Assembly (NCBI RefSeq): GCF_001194135.2
Contig: NC_069006.1
Coordinates: forward strand, 6,600,509 to 6,664,508
Direction: 5' to 3'
Length of the DNA: 64,000 bases
DNA from: Octopus bimaculoides
Lineage: Eukaryota
A program made the position numbers and the translations under genes. A model generated the notes under the pieces. The model was not told where the DNA came from and did no database searches. It saw only the letters and a program-made list of their open reading frames with translations. Position 1 is the first letter of the stretch; each line of letters begins with the position of its first letter. Positions 42,285 to 55,022 of this stretch are shown here, piece after piece.

Positions 42285-42830
42285 ACATTACAAGATTTTT
42301 GTACACACTATATACTCTTGTTCATTATACACTACATGTTTTTATACACTATGTAGCTTTCTACACAGTACATGATTTTACATGATACATGTTTTTGTAC
42401 ACACTAAAATACAAATACATGTTTTCATTCCCTTTGCTCTACAGATTTTTAGCATAATATACATTGCATATTTTGTATGGTAAACTCTACATGTACTATA
42501 TATTACATTTTTAAACACACTTCACTGCATGTTTTTGTTTACTACACACTATAAATTTTTCAAAACACTACATGTTTTGCACCCACTAGAATACATGCTT
42601 TTGTGCCCAACACAGTTTTGCATAATATACACAACATATTTTGTATGGTACAGCCTACAGGTTTTCTACACAATATACAATACACTATATGTTATTGTAC
42701 ACACTTCACTACATGTTTTGTACATTATGCTCTCCGTGTTTTTAAAGACACAAGTTTTTCTATACTATACATTACATGTTTCTGTACAAACTTCACAACA
42801 TACATAACATTTTTCTTGCACTTGCACTTA
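42285..42830. repeat. Decayed minisatellite, motif approximately CATGTTTTTGTACACACTA
   Basis: CATGTTTT and TACACACTA recur throughout. Confidence 0.7.
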
Positions 42831-43154
42831 TATTGATACATTACAGTTGCTTGAGAGGAGCTGTTTAACCATATCTCAGTGTACATGCATTATCTAGGTA
42901 TCTCTAGAAATGACAATAGCAGCTAGTGTTATGATAGCTCTGCATTAATTTTGTTATCAAGTTTGTTGATGTTGTAGACAACACAATTGAATTAACTGAA
43001 ATCAGACATTATTCACCACTAATTTCATATCTGTTCACTGTTGGCAATTCAGCATTACTTCAGATTTTCTAGATTTTCTACACACTGATGTATATAAACT
43101 ATATTGGTTCTTGCAGTTTTTAAGGAGAGAAAACAAGAACAGTGTCACTGTCTT

Positions 43155-43350
43155 TTTATCTTTTACTTGTTTTAGTCATTGGAATGCAGCCATGCTGGGG
43201 CACTGACTTGAAGAATTTTAGTCAAATGAATTGCCACCTCAGAACGTAATTCTTTTTAAGCCTAGTATTTATTTTATCAGTCTCTTTTGCTGAACTGCTA
43301 AACTACAGTGACATAAACACACCAACATCAGTTGTCAAGTGGTGACTTTG
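43155..43350 (-). mobile_element. Family A SINE, 3' half
   Basis: TTTTACTTGTTTTAGTCATTGG...CATGCTGGGGCACTG. Confidence 0.8.
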
Positions 43351-43654
43351 ATAAGAATTACATCCTTATTAATGTTTGCTTCAACATTTAATTTTTAAAA
43401 CAATTGGCAATATATCACTCACGAGACCTTCTTTTCTTTTTAGAATGTGTATAGGGCTGGTCTTGAAGACAAAAGGAGATTGAGAAAGAAATGCAAGGAA
43501 GCAGGATTATGGCCAGGCCTGTCTGTCTGTCCAATATTGGTCTTATCAGCAACAAGCAACCCTGTAGATGACATGGATAGACCTCTTCATGAATCTCCAT
43601 TGAGAAAGCCAAGCTATAATTATATATATATATATAGTGAATCCAAACAAAGAA

Positions 43655-43835
43655 CAAACACGTAAAAACAATAATGCGAGGACGTGGTACAAGTACTGTA
43701 TTATCAGACGCTCAGGAAAGGAAGGAAAAGGGATTTAACGTTTCGAGCCATAGTACTTCTTCAGAAATAGAGGAAAGTCCAAAGGAAGGGAAGACGGAAG
43801 AAAATTGCCAATGATACACACATGGTGTGTGGTCC
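43655..43835 (-). mobile_element. Penelope-like (pLTR) or retrozyme-like remnant
   Basis: CpG-rich block unlike the local SINEs that carries a minimal hammerhead motif; class inferred from the known PLE-hammerhead association. Confidence 0.45.
43733..43768 (-). ncRNA. Minimal type I hammerhead ribozyme motif, probably degenerate
   Basis: Minus strand AUUU-CUGAAGA-AGUACUAUGGCUC-GAAAC-GUU-AAAU: CUGANGA and GAAA boxes, palindromic ACGU helix III, 4-bp helix I, weak helix II. Confidence 0.55.
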
Positions 43836-43988
43836 GAAATGGTCATGACGTCTGGTACTTGACTGAAGAAAGAAAGCCAAGAATGACCCGTCTTTTTTGC
43901 CTGTCCTTCTAATTGTTGTTTCTCTTGTCCGCCTTTGTGTCATCTATCTGTCTGAACGTTTTAATGCCCTCTATTGCGTTTTTGTTAC

Positions 43989-44026
<38 letters not shown>

Positions 44027-44478
44027 TCATACATCATGACAAAGAAATATAACAAGAACTAAAGTGATAGTAATGAAAGTAAGAGTAACATAATAAGCTA
44101 TTTTGCAATGAGGATGAGAACAGGTATTACATAAGGAAAACGTGAAATTTCCTATTAAACATTAGAAATTAGATTGTTAGGAAATACACTTTGATTCATT
44201 TGATAGCAAATGATTTTATTTGAACTTAATAGCAAGATAGGTGAAGGCAATATAACTATAAAAGCAAGTAGCTAATGGATTTATATATCAAATATGAAAT
44301 AAAAGAAGCAAATACTAGTGGACTGGGAGACTGACAGGTAGAAATGAAATTGGTGGTTGTGTGTGTGGAAGTGGGGAGGGTAAATAGAGATATCAATTTT
44401 AGTTGAATCAGAAATATGTATATATATAAAAAAAAAAGAAACATATAGAGATGCAAAAATAAATTTAAAAAAAAAAAA

Positions 44479-44542
<64 letters not shown>

Positions 44543-44711
44543 TTTTCAATATATTTAGAAATGAAAGTTTCAGATAAAGGAGATAGAAACAAAATATGTC
44601 AAAGAAAAAAAATAGAAGGGAATGAGAGATGATTCTGAATAAAAAATATTAGCAAAAATGTGATATCCAGCACAGGAAAGAAATTTATGTTTGAAAGAAG
44701 TAGCATCAGTT

Positions 44712-44758
<47 letters not shown>

Positions 44759-44782
44759 AATAATAATAATAATAATAATAAT
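44712..44782. repeat. (ATG)n to (ATA)n compound trinucleotide repeat
   Basis: Directly visible; the poly-D/N, poly-I and poly-H ORFs here are artefacts. Confidence 0.95.
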
Positions 44783-45971
44783 AGACAAGTAGGAAGGAGG
44801 ATATGGAGAAGAAGAGTAGCAGACAAAAGCGGAAGGAAGGAAGGCAGGGAGAAAAAGCAATTGCAGACAGAGATGTTGTATTGATAAAAATAAGAATTAA
44901 GTTAAAAGTGTAGAATGAAAGAAGTGGCAACAGAAGCAGCAATGAAAGATGTAGCATCAAATGTTGAAATTTTCTTTTGAAATAAAAAAAAAAAATCTGA
45001 GTGAAAAATCTTCCATTTCACTGAAGAGAAAGAAAAGCAGTCCAAAAAAATGTTTCAAAAAAAAAAAGTAAATAAATAAATCAATGTGGTGGGGGTGACC
45101 ATTATTAATAATAAAAGGTACATATCAAAGAATTTCTTTTGTAAAGAAGTACCCATTGCATATTCAAATGTGTAACTTGAAAAATACATACATGTTGCTT
45201 TGTTTAAGAATAGAATCTCTATTTTGTTTTAATGGTCTAAATACCCTCTCTCTGTCTCTGTCTGTCTTTCTCTCTCTCTCTCTCCCACCTCACCCTTTTT
45301 GAGACATTCCTTCTCAGACTTCTTTCATATTTGCTATGTCTGACCTCTCAACACAAGCAAATCAATGAAACTGTTCTCCGTCATAATGAAAAAAAAAAAA
45401 TGAAAAAAAACTAAACAGAGAAAATAAAATAAAATAAATCTGTCTCATCCTTGTCATCACCATCACCATCATCATCATCTTTATTACTACTACTACAAAG
45501 TTGTAATAGTAGTAGTAGAGGAGGAGGAAGAGGGGGTGGTTATAGTTGAAATATTGAAATATTTGCTAATGCCAATAATGTCTTATACTCTGGAAATGAA
45601 GACATATTCATTGGTATTCTTCCTTTGACAACAAATGTGAACAGAGAAAATAGATCTTTTTCTCTTTGTTTGAGTGTAAACTAGCATTTAATAATTCAGA
45701 CTGAAAGCAAAATGGTTAGTAAATAAAGTAGAAGAAAAGAAAATTTAAATATTTTCACATTTAAACAGATATCAAATTTTAATAAACAAAAAACTGGCAT
45801 CAGTAGTTTTTTTTTATAAAAATATAAAATGTCTTTAAAGTTTTAAAATATAAACTTGTCCTATGGGACAAATATAACTTACAAGCCACCCTGTCTTTTT
45901 TTTTTCCTTTGCATTTTGTTTTACTGTTGTTAACAAGTGTTCAATAACACCTGCTGCTCACTTGTTCTTAC

Positions 45972-46107
45972 ATAAGATGGGCAAATCATTCACAATTTCA
46001 TGATGAAAATGCATTAAATATGCTGATCTTCTACTTTGATCTATGATAAATGATTCAAGAGCACCTTGCTTGCTTTTATTCTTATTGTACCCTGCTATTA
46101 TATATGG
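45972..46107 (-). other. Candidate internal exon, unverified
   Basis: Acceptor TTTTGTTTTTCTCTGCCTAAG, donor TAT|GTAAGA (alternative AA|GTGAGC at 45962), open frame PYIIAGYNKNKSKQGALESFIIDQSRRSAYLMHFHHEIVNDLPIL; no family recognised. Confidence 0.2.
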
Positions 46108-49100
46108 CTTAGGCAGAGAAAAACAAAATCCATAAGGTGGGGGGGGGGATATCACACACACACACACTGAAATAACAACTAGCAATCATCAGCCTCCACC
46201 CCCACCCCACCTCCAACAAATTAGAAACTGTTGATAAATCAATATTCTGCTTTATTGCAGCTTCAAAATTATTTATTTTCAAATCAAGCTCTTATTAGCA
46301 AATATGATACTTGGATAATTTGCTATTATATGCATCTGTAGTTTCCCATTAACTGCTAAAGAAATATTCCGGATGACAGTCGTACTTTGGTAAGCTATAG
46401 TGACTTGTATAGTTTTCCAATTCCAAATATTTGCAGAAATGTCAGAACAAATATTTTACAGTTAGATGCTTTTGTTGTACCAATCACTTAAAGAGAGAAA
46501 ACAGCGTTTCAGGTTTTGGATTGCTTAACTTATTTAGAGAGAATATTTACTAAGATTAAATTAACAATAGAAAATGATGATAAAAACATGAATAACAACT
46601 GTGATGGTTTCCTATAAGGTCACAAATTTATAGAAGGCAGAATTGAAATTGTGTAATTTACATACTTTTTCTCAAGAGTATTGATAGTGTAAGGGAAGTG
46701 AATTAATTTACTTCAACTAGGAACAAAAACCAACTTACAGACTTTGTTCACACAGAGCTTAAATAGACTTGCTATAATGGCATTTATCACAATAGCAACA
46801 ATAATCAAGCTCTCCCTCTCTATACACTCTGGCAACCTTGACACCTCATCACTAGCATCTTTATCTCTCTTTCCAGCTTCACACAGATTAGTCCCATCTA
46901 CTCGTGTATAATGTCAACAGCTATGTATTTCCTTCACAACAAAATACCTACTTCAGGCCCTTCCTCCATACTCCAACATTTCATCACCAACATAAAGCTA
47001 CCTCCCTCTCTACTGTAGCTCCACTCAGTTGATGGGGCTCTTACACTTGCAAGCTATATGGTGAGCTCTCTAGTGCTGATGCCACGAAAATAGTACCTAA
47101 TACACTCTGTAAAATGGTTGGTGTTACAAAGTGCAACCAACCATAAAGAAAATATGGTGAAGTACATTGTGTGGTGTTGAAACAGATTTCCTAATAGAAG
47201 GACACCACTGAGAGCCAATCAATGAATCTTACAGATCTAAGATTATACTAACTTCTCTTATCAGTGGCCAGCCTACAGTGACATGCTAAGAATCATCCTT
47301 TGTTGCCACTAGACAGAGGAAAACTGCCTCCCTTCTCAACCAAAGGAGGACAGTAAGGTATTCTGCATGATTTTTCTCAGTTGATAACCAGGTTTGTCCT
47401 CTGTATGTTTCAACAGCTGTTCAACATAGCCCCCAAGCCCAAGTCAACAACACTTGGGCACAAGACAGAGTTCATATCTCAAAGTCAGCTGGGAAAAGCT
47501 GGTCAACTAATTTTCATTGGCTCCACTTGGAAAGGAATGTGGGAGGGAGAAGAGGGAAGTGCTGCTCTCCAGACAACACAACAGTTCTATAGACAACTGG
47601 CATGAAACTGCAAAGAAAAAATAAAATGTTCCTTTGCCTTTCTTAGGCAGTAGTCAATTTTTTTTTTCCTTTTGTCACAGTGATTGATTACAGATTGTGG
47701 ATATTACATTAAGTTAACTCACAGTTATATTAATGATGTAAGGTAGTGAAAAGATTATCATCAAACACTGAAGTTAGATGTGCAGACTTGGTTCAACAAG
47801 GACATCCATCATAAATCAGGGAAGTGAGTGGTTACACACATATACATATATACACACATATGCCTATATATACACATACGTATATGAAATTAGTGTGAAA
47901 CAAGTGAGAAGTAGAATATGAATTTCTAATTTAAAAGTATGTCTCTGTTGCACTTTAGATAAACTGATAAAGTAGTGAAAGTGAAATTGTAAGCCCTGTT
48001 ATGTTTTTGTTGATTTAATTTTATTAAAGTGAACAAAAGCCAACCTATTGTAGGGAGTCGCAACATATGAATACTACATCTCACCGAAAATGGATACTAT
48101 TTGTTTGGAGAAACAACAACCAAGATATAGTCATTGAGACTAGCTGGACTGCAGCTGTTTAAGGGGTCACAAAATGGCCAAGAGATGATTGTGTTATTGA
48201 TATTTTGTGTGAAAGTAGTAAATAAAGTAGCATAGTGTTTTCTTCTTAGCCAGGGAAATTTAGCTTCAATTGAAATTGAACAATATTAATAGTATTTTAT
48301 GTTCATTTTACAACTCGTAAACATGATGAGGTGTGTACACAACTGTTTGATTGTGCAAGTAAATTAGTTTCATTAATCTAATTTTGGAGACAATTTGAAT
48401 GAACATTTTAACTAAAAGAGAAAAAGAAATTACACAGCTATCTTTTCTGATGGTTTTATAGTATTTGAGCAGAAATAGAAGCAAAGTACATTGTTTGGGT
48501 CTGGGTAAAAGTTCAACGGCAAAGACACTTGATTTCATCTGACGATACCAACAGAAAGAAATTTACTTTTGACTAATGTATAATAAGAAGCACTTTTCTA
48601 TACAAAAGGCTGAAATGATATTCTTATGGTTAGAATATGAATAAAGAGATTGAAATCAGTTTTATGAGATGACTAATCAAAATGACATATTTCAAAATAT
48701 AAACAATATTAGTACAGCATGGTGGTGAGGTGGAAGGGTGGGAAATAAAATTTAACAAATCATAGATTCTAATTCAAACTATTCAACTAACAAGTAACTT
48801 ACATTCTAACCAATACCAGACGAAATGATCTAAATATCAGTAACAATACTTCTGTCAAGAGTAGAGAATTATATATTAAATGTATTCTATCAGTAAATTC
48901 AAAAGTATATTGATAGAAATTTGGTTAGTATTCAGAGACTGAATAATTTACAGCACCCACAAGCTAATCTTTCTGAAAGCAACAGGACAAATCAGATAAG
49001 AACATTAAAGATGCACGGTGCTTTAATGTATCAGAAAGTGCATCGTGTTTGGATAAAAGCTGAAGTAGATAAACTGAATAAGTCATCGTTACAAGTAGAA

Positions 49101-49389
49101 GCATTGGCAGCCCTGTGAGAAAGTGTGTGTAAATACAAGCACATTCACACAAAGAGATACAAATACATATGTCTCTCTCCCTTTCACTATATATATATAT
49201 ATATATNNNNNNNNNNNNNNNNNNNNNNNNNNNNNNNNNNNNNNNNNNNNNTATATATATTTATATATATATATATATATATATATTTATAAACATATAC
49301 ACACATATATACATACCATACATGCATACAAATACAACCCTATAGCTCTTACATACATCACACATACCTCTAGTTAGATGAACAGATAT

Positions 49390-49850
49390 AGTTATCTATC
49401 ACACACAGGTTTGATCGATTTAACAATCACTAAACACTGATTGATCTCTATACACCAATTGACCCTTAAACATGATCAGTCAGTCAATCTCACCAATCAA
49501 GTAGGTTGAAAACTGCAGACTGATGAGTCACTACAGAGTGGTTGCTTAATCAATCACTACAAACCAATTGATCTCTACTTATCAATCAATTGGTTGATCT
49601 GTACATGCTAATCTCACTATGTATTAGTTGGTGACTAGAGACTAATTGAGTGACCACTCCCTACAAGCTGATCAATCAGTCAATCACTACAAACTAATCA
49701 AGCAGTCAATCACAGCAAACTGATCAATCAGTTTTTCAGGGCACACTGATCGGTTTGATGATCTTTACTACATACTGATCAGATTATTAATTGCTATACA
49801 GTGATAAGTTGCTGCAGGCTGATCAATAGCTACACATTGATTGATCATTT
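49390..49850. repeat. Cryptic ATCAATC/TGATCA-rich repeat with a 26-bp core unit
   Basis: Units at 49661, 49687 and 49713 (CTACAAGCTGATCAATCAGTCAATCA). Confidence 0.7.
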
Positions 49851-49854
49851 TCCA

Positions 49855-50440
49855 TACCTTTACCTTTTACGTGTTTCAGTCATTAGACTGTGGCCATGCT
49901 GGGGCATTGTCTTGAAGAAATTTTGTCAAGAGATTTTCCCCTGGTACTTATTTCTTTTTCTTAAGCCTGGTACTTATTTGATTGATCTCTTTTGCTGAAG
50001 AGCTAAGCTATGGGGATGTAAACAAACCAACATTGGTTGTGAGATAGTGGTGGGAGACAAACACACACATGATGGGTTTCTTTCAGTTTCTGTTCACTCA
50101 CAAGGCTACTGTAGGAGACACTTGCCCAAGGTGCCACTCAGTGGAACTGATCCTGGAATCATGGGGTTGGGAAGCAAGCTTCTTATTTCATTATTACCCA
50201 CAAGGGGCTAAACATAGAGGGGACAAACAAGGACAGACAAAGGGATCAAGTCGATTAGATCGACCCCAGTGTGTAACTGGTACTTAATTTATCGACCCCG
50301 AAAGGATGAAAGGCAAAGTTGACCTCGGCGGAATTTGAACTCAGAACGTAACAGCAGGCAAAATACCACTAAGCATTCCGCCCGGCATGCTAACGTTTCT
50401 GCCAGCTCACCGCTTCTTACCACACAACCATGTCTGCACC
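49855..50440 (-). mobile_element. Family A SINE interrupted by a B1 SINE
   Basis: 8-bp TSD GCTTCTTA at 50178-50185 and 50412-50419. Confidence 0.9.
50186..50411 (-). mobile_element. Family B1 SINE (nested)
   Basis: Reverse complement of the 17588 and 37206 copies. Confidence 0.9.
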
Positions 50441-51177
50441 CATATTCTGATCAGCTGCTATAGACTAATAGTTCCTAAAGGAACCCATACTGTTCCCCAT
50501 ACAGGGAGGATGAGGGTGGGGCATTAAGACCCAAGATGGTGGTAACAAGCAATACATTTAAGTTTAATTATAGCCTCTACCTTTAGTACAGAGAGATGAA
50601 AGTCAGGGCAGTAGTAAATATCCGGATGTTTTAGATGGCTTTCATTGCTATAGACCAATCAATCGATTAGTAGTGACTGGCTGACTGCTCACACTCTACT
50701 GATTAATTTATAGACAGAGATAAATAAACCTGTTGATTTATATAGACAGATAATGATAGAGTGATCAACCGATTGATAGATTTGAGCCACATGAATAAAA
50801 CAAAGATGTTGATGTAAAACATTAAATCTTTTTTGGCCCAGTCCACCTAGCGGTATGTAGATGCAGGTAGATAGGGTATTATTAATAAGTGCTGCATCTT
50901 GCCAGGTTTCATGTTGTGAGCTCAACTGTCTCATGGACATAGCTTGAGGGGTGTTGACCAAAGATGATTTACTGAGGTCTCTGCAACCCAATAGGTTGTG
51001 GTACTCACATTCACAATAGTTGGATATGTGTGTGTGTGTGTGTGTGTGTGTACATACACAGTTGTATTTTATTAATTTAATGTTTTAATAAAGAATCTCT
51101 ACTTTTACTAATTCAGTAGAGTATATAGTCCTCTTTGGGTTTCTTGTCTCCCTGATCTTTGATTCAAGAATTTTCAT

Positions 51178-51211
<34 letters not shown>

Positions 51212-51217
<6 letters not shown>

Positions 51218-51600
51218 ATAACAGTGGTCTCTGGTTCACAGGGACAGGAGTGCTTCCCACCCACACAGGTCCTTTTCAGTCCCACTGCATGACACCTTGA
51301 AAAAGTGTCTTCTACTACATCTTCAGGCTGACCAAAGCCTTGTCAGTAGATTTGGTAGATGGAAACTGAAAGAAGCCCATCATATGTGTGTCTGTGTTTG
51401 CCACACTCTTGCTTGACAGCCAGTGGTGGTGTGCTGAAGTCTCCATAACTTAGTGGTTCAGCAAAAGACACCAATAGAAGAAGTACCAGGCTTAAAGATA
51501 AGGAAGTATTGGGGTCAATTCATTTGACTAAAAGTTCTTCAAGGTGGTGCTCCAGCATGGCTGCAGTCTAATGACTGAAGTAAGCAAAATATAAAAATAT
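51212..51600 (+). mobile_element. Family A SINE
   Basis: Diverged head; clear core and tail. Confidence 0.8.
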
Positions 51601-51792
51601 AAATAAACACACACACATATTACATATCCCTCCAATTCAGAACTTCTTTAGTTCCAATGTCAATCTTTTTGTCTCTATGAAGAACTGGAATTTGTTTCCA
51701 TACCGAAGAATAGTTTATAGCAACTATGGAATGTTATAAGCTTAATATTTTGGTCGCATATTTGCTCTTTCATGGATTTACAGTTTCATTGT

Positions 51793-51954
51793 TCATTGGA
51801 ATCGTGTAGGCAATGTATCATCAATTGCGAATGATGCCAAAAATGACGCAGTCATTACTTTAACCATTCTCTGCCTTGGAAACACATCAGCTACAACAAA
51901 ATCAAACAATGACAAAAAGGCCACAGAAATTATTGAGAAACTTTTAAAATTCAT
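51793..51954 (-). other. Candidate small ORF or exon (53 aa, signal-peptide-like N-terminus), unverified
   Basis: MNFKSFSIISVAFLSLFDFVVADVFPRQRMVKVMTASFLASFAIDDTLPTRFQ*; strong acceptor 7 nt upstream of the ATG; local CpG enrichment; the hydrophobic start may simply be a translated polypyrimidine tract. Confidence 0.3.
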
Positions 51955-52187
51955 CCTTCACCTAAAATTCAAGAGTTGTCAAAGAGCATACATAAAAACA
52001 GTGACAAGTAGTAGAGAAACTTCAGATTTATTTATGAGATAAAAATCTAAAAATATTAAATTTCTTCTATTTTATGTGACTTGAGGAAAATAATATGTAA
52101 ATGAAAATGAAATGAAAAAGATCAACTATTTCAATTGTATTCACAAATAAAATAATATATTTACTTTTATAAATCGTTTTTTTTTTA

Positions 52188-52400
52188 TCATCATCATCAT
52201 GACCATCATTTAATGTCTATCTTCTGTGCTGGTATGGGTTGGATGGTTTGACAGGAACAGGCAAGTCAGAAGACTGCACCCAGTCCTGCAGTCTGTTTTG
52301 CCATGGTTTCGACAGCTGGGTGCTCTCCCTAATGCCAACCACTTTACAGAGTGCATTGGGTGCTTTTTACATGTCACCAGCAAGCAGTGAGGTTATCAAG
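52188..52400 (-). mobile_element. Family E / RTE-tail element
   Basis: (CAT)n...GGGTTGGATGGTTTGACAGG...CCCTAATGCCAACCACTTTACAGAGTG. Confidence 0.8.
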
Positions 52401-53332
52401 TAACTTGCAGGACAAAACCCCCTCAAATGAGAGGAGTAGTACTAAGGGACAGAGAAGATATGTTGCATTAGAAGAGAGGCGTGGCTTCCTCAGATGAAGA
52501 AGAGAAAGATGGTGAAAATGTGATGAGGTGGGGACAGGAAAGCCATAAGTAACAGCATTTAAATACTGGGTTAAAAACCCTTTCGATGGAAAAACTTAAA
52601 GGCTGTCTGTAGGGCTACAGAACCCATAACTTCTGTAAACATGACAGATTGTTGTCCTATTGGTAGCCTTTGAGTTTTTTTTTAACCAAATATTTAAATG
52701 CTATAATTTATAGTTTTATCTACTTTGAGTTCCACTGATAAAAAAAGAGATTTATTTCACTTATCTCACAGTTTCTAAATTCTTATGACATAAGCAATTT
52801 TTACTTTTATTTGTAATTCTGTTAATAACAGATTTTCTGCAAGCATTTCATTAAATGACACCAGAAGACATAATTCAATAAAGCTGTTTAGTTTTTTGTT
52901 GTTGGTTATTCTATCTTGTTTCACACAAAAAAATCTATCAACAATATATATTTAAAAATCTGTCTGGTGTCTCATTGTCATTCTTTTCTTCCACAAGTGA
53001 AGATTTAGCAGGTCGTTGGGGTTAAATTACATCATGTTAGTCACTTGGTGACTTGTGGCAAAACTGTTGCTATATGGGAAATCTGATCAATTTATTCCAT
53101 TGATTTCTCAGTCTATATTGCAATCACAAAGCTTTGACTAAGCAATGTTATGGTCTAAAGATTTTTTACACTCTGAAATGGCATATTGCACATATCAACA
53201 AATATAAAACATCCCTCAGACAAAAATTTACATATATACGTGGGTGTGGTGGGGTGCATAGGTATGTGTGAGTGAAAGAGGTGGGGAGAAAAGTGTAGGG
53301 GGTATATAAGTGTTTAGTATCAGGAATAAAAG

Positions 53333-53391
<59 letters not shown>

Positions 53392-53864
53392 TGAGGGAGA
53401 GGAGGTGAAAGAAAAAGTGTATGTATGGATGGTGGTTGGGGGAAGGGGTATATGAGTAAGTGTTTAGTTATCAGAAATAAAGGCTGGAGACTGCTGCTAC
53501 CTGAGAAGTGGCCAAGTTCGAAATGCAGAAGAATCAGTACAAATTCTACTGTATTTTTTGGCATACATGTAGAAATTTTCAAATCAACATTTGCAGCCAA
53601 AAGAAAGGTAGTTCAGTTTTAGCACCAAGATTACTTTGGAGAACCAAAAATTCAAAGTGAAATGCAGCAGAATTTGGAAAGACAGTGACAATATTTGAAT
53701 GTTTACACTACATGTTTACACTATATACTACATTAATGTCTATGCTGAGATAATGTATCCAATTTAAGCTACAGGTGCACAAGAGATGCAGTGGGGATTG
53801 CAGGTAGGATAATAAAGGGGGAAGACTGCAGTAATTAGCAGTAAGATGATCCTTATCCTTACCA

Positions 53865-54070
53865 ACATCATCATCATTTAATGTCTGTTTTCCATGCTGG
53901 CATGGGTTGGATGGTTTGATAAGAGCTGGTAAGATCAGGGACCACACCAGATTCCACTGTCTGTTTTGGCATGGTTTCTATAGTTGGATGCCCTCCCAAC
54001 ACCAATCACTTTACAGAGTGTACTGGGTGTTTTATGCATGGTACTATCACTAGCGCTTTTTACATGATAC
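53865..54070 (-). mobile_element. Family E / RTE-tail element
   Basis: Same motifs as 52188 and 41128. Confidence 0.8.
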
Positions 54071-54209
54071 AAATTGTTTGAAATGCTCAGAGGACTCCTC
54101 AGAATTAGCTGGTACCTTTAATTGTGTAAATGACTTAATTATCAGTGCAGGAGGGTGTTCCAGAAGCATAGTAGCCAATATAAGAACTAAGTAGAGATGT
54201 TTAGGGAGA

Positions 54210-54660
54210 TGTTACCTCAGCTGGCAGCAAAGGGAATCTCTCTTTGAGTGCAAAGTAGAGTGTATGGTGGTTAGGAAGAAACTGCAATACTGTACTGCAT
54301 GGTGTGTCAAAACATGGAACAGAAGAGAGAGAAAATGTATGAAGGCAGGAAACAAATGAGGTGAGGATAAGAGTGTGTGAACAACAGAGGTCAAATGAAC
54401 AAATGAGCCGAGAGAAAAGCTAGGTATGTGAGGAATCTAATGCAGTGTGGAAAAGAGAAGACTTTATTTTATCCAACTGTCATCCACCATGGATGACATG
54501 GTGGATGACAGTTGAGTAAAAAAGTGGAAGGAATATGGATAAGAGAGGAAGACTGGGTGTGGAGACATGAGAAGCGATGAAAGCTGATCTCAGGGTGGAG
54601 ATGGACAAAGAACTGCAACAAGTTGCAAAATGCTGTATTGGGGAAGAAAAATCCACTCCA
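54210..54660 (+). pseudogene. Old decayed RTE LINE fragment, same lineage as 57891
   Basis: LPQLAAKGISL*VQSRVY...TAILY aligns by eye with LLYLLATKGLSLRVKGRSF...TAMLH; 54412-54462 resembles 58113-58167 at DNA level. Confidence 0.6.
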
Positions 54661-54809
54661 TGAAAACATGAGAAAACAGAAATAAAGGGAGGATTATGAG
54701 GGGTGGGAGGAGGCATGAAAGAAAATAAGCGTAAGAATGTGTGCTGTGTGATCAAGTGTGGGAATGTGTGTATGTGTATATGTCCATGTGAGTAATTATA
54801 TGTGTGTGT

Positions 54810-54842
<33 letters not shown>

Positions 54843-54874
54843 TATTTTGCTGTGTATGTAATTATGTGCCAACA

Positions 54875-55022
54875 TATTTTTTTCTTTTACTTGTTTCAGT
54901 CATTTGACTGTGGCCATGCTGGAGTATTGCCTTTAGTCAAACAAATCAACCCCAGGATTTATTCTTTGTAGGCCTAGTACTTATTCTATCGGTCTCTTTT
55001 GCCAACATCGATTGTCAAGCAC
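54875..55022 (-). mobile_element. Family A SINE, 3' half
   Basis: TTTTACTTGTTTCAGTCATTTGACTGTGGCCATGCTGGAG. Confidence 0.85.

Noticed and set aside
44660-44884. Poly-Asp/Asn acidic protein ORF
   Set aside because: Translation of an (ATG)n(ATA)n microsatellite
46461-46511. BIR-like VRCFCC exon
   Set aside because: Lacks the downstream W and H/C zinc ligands; likely chance
47381-47605. 74-aa ORF in relatively GC-rich unique sequence
   Set aside because: Two overlapping frames are open, with no recognisable domain and no good downstream donor
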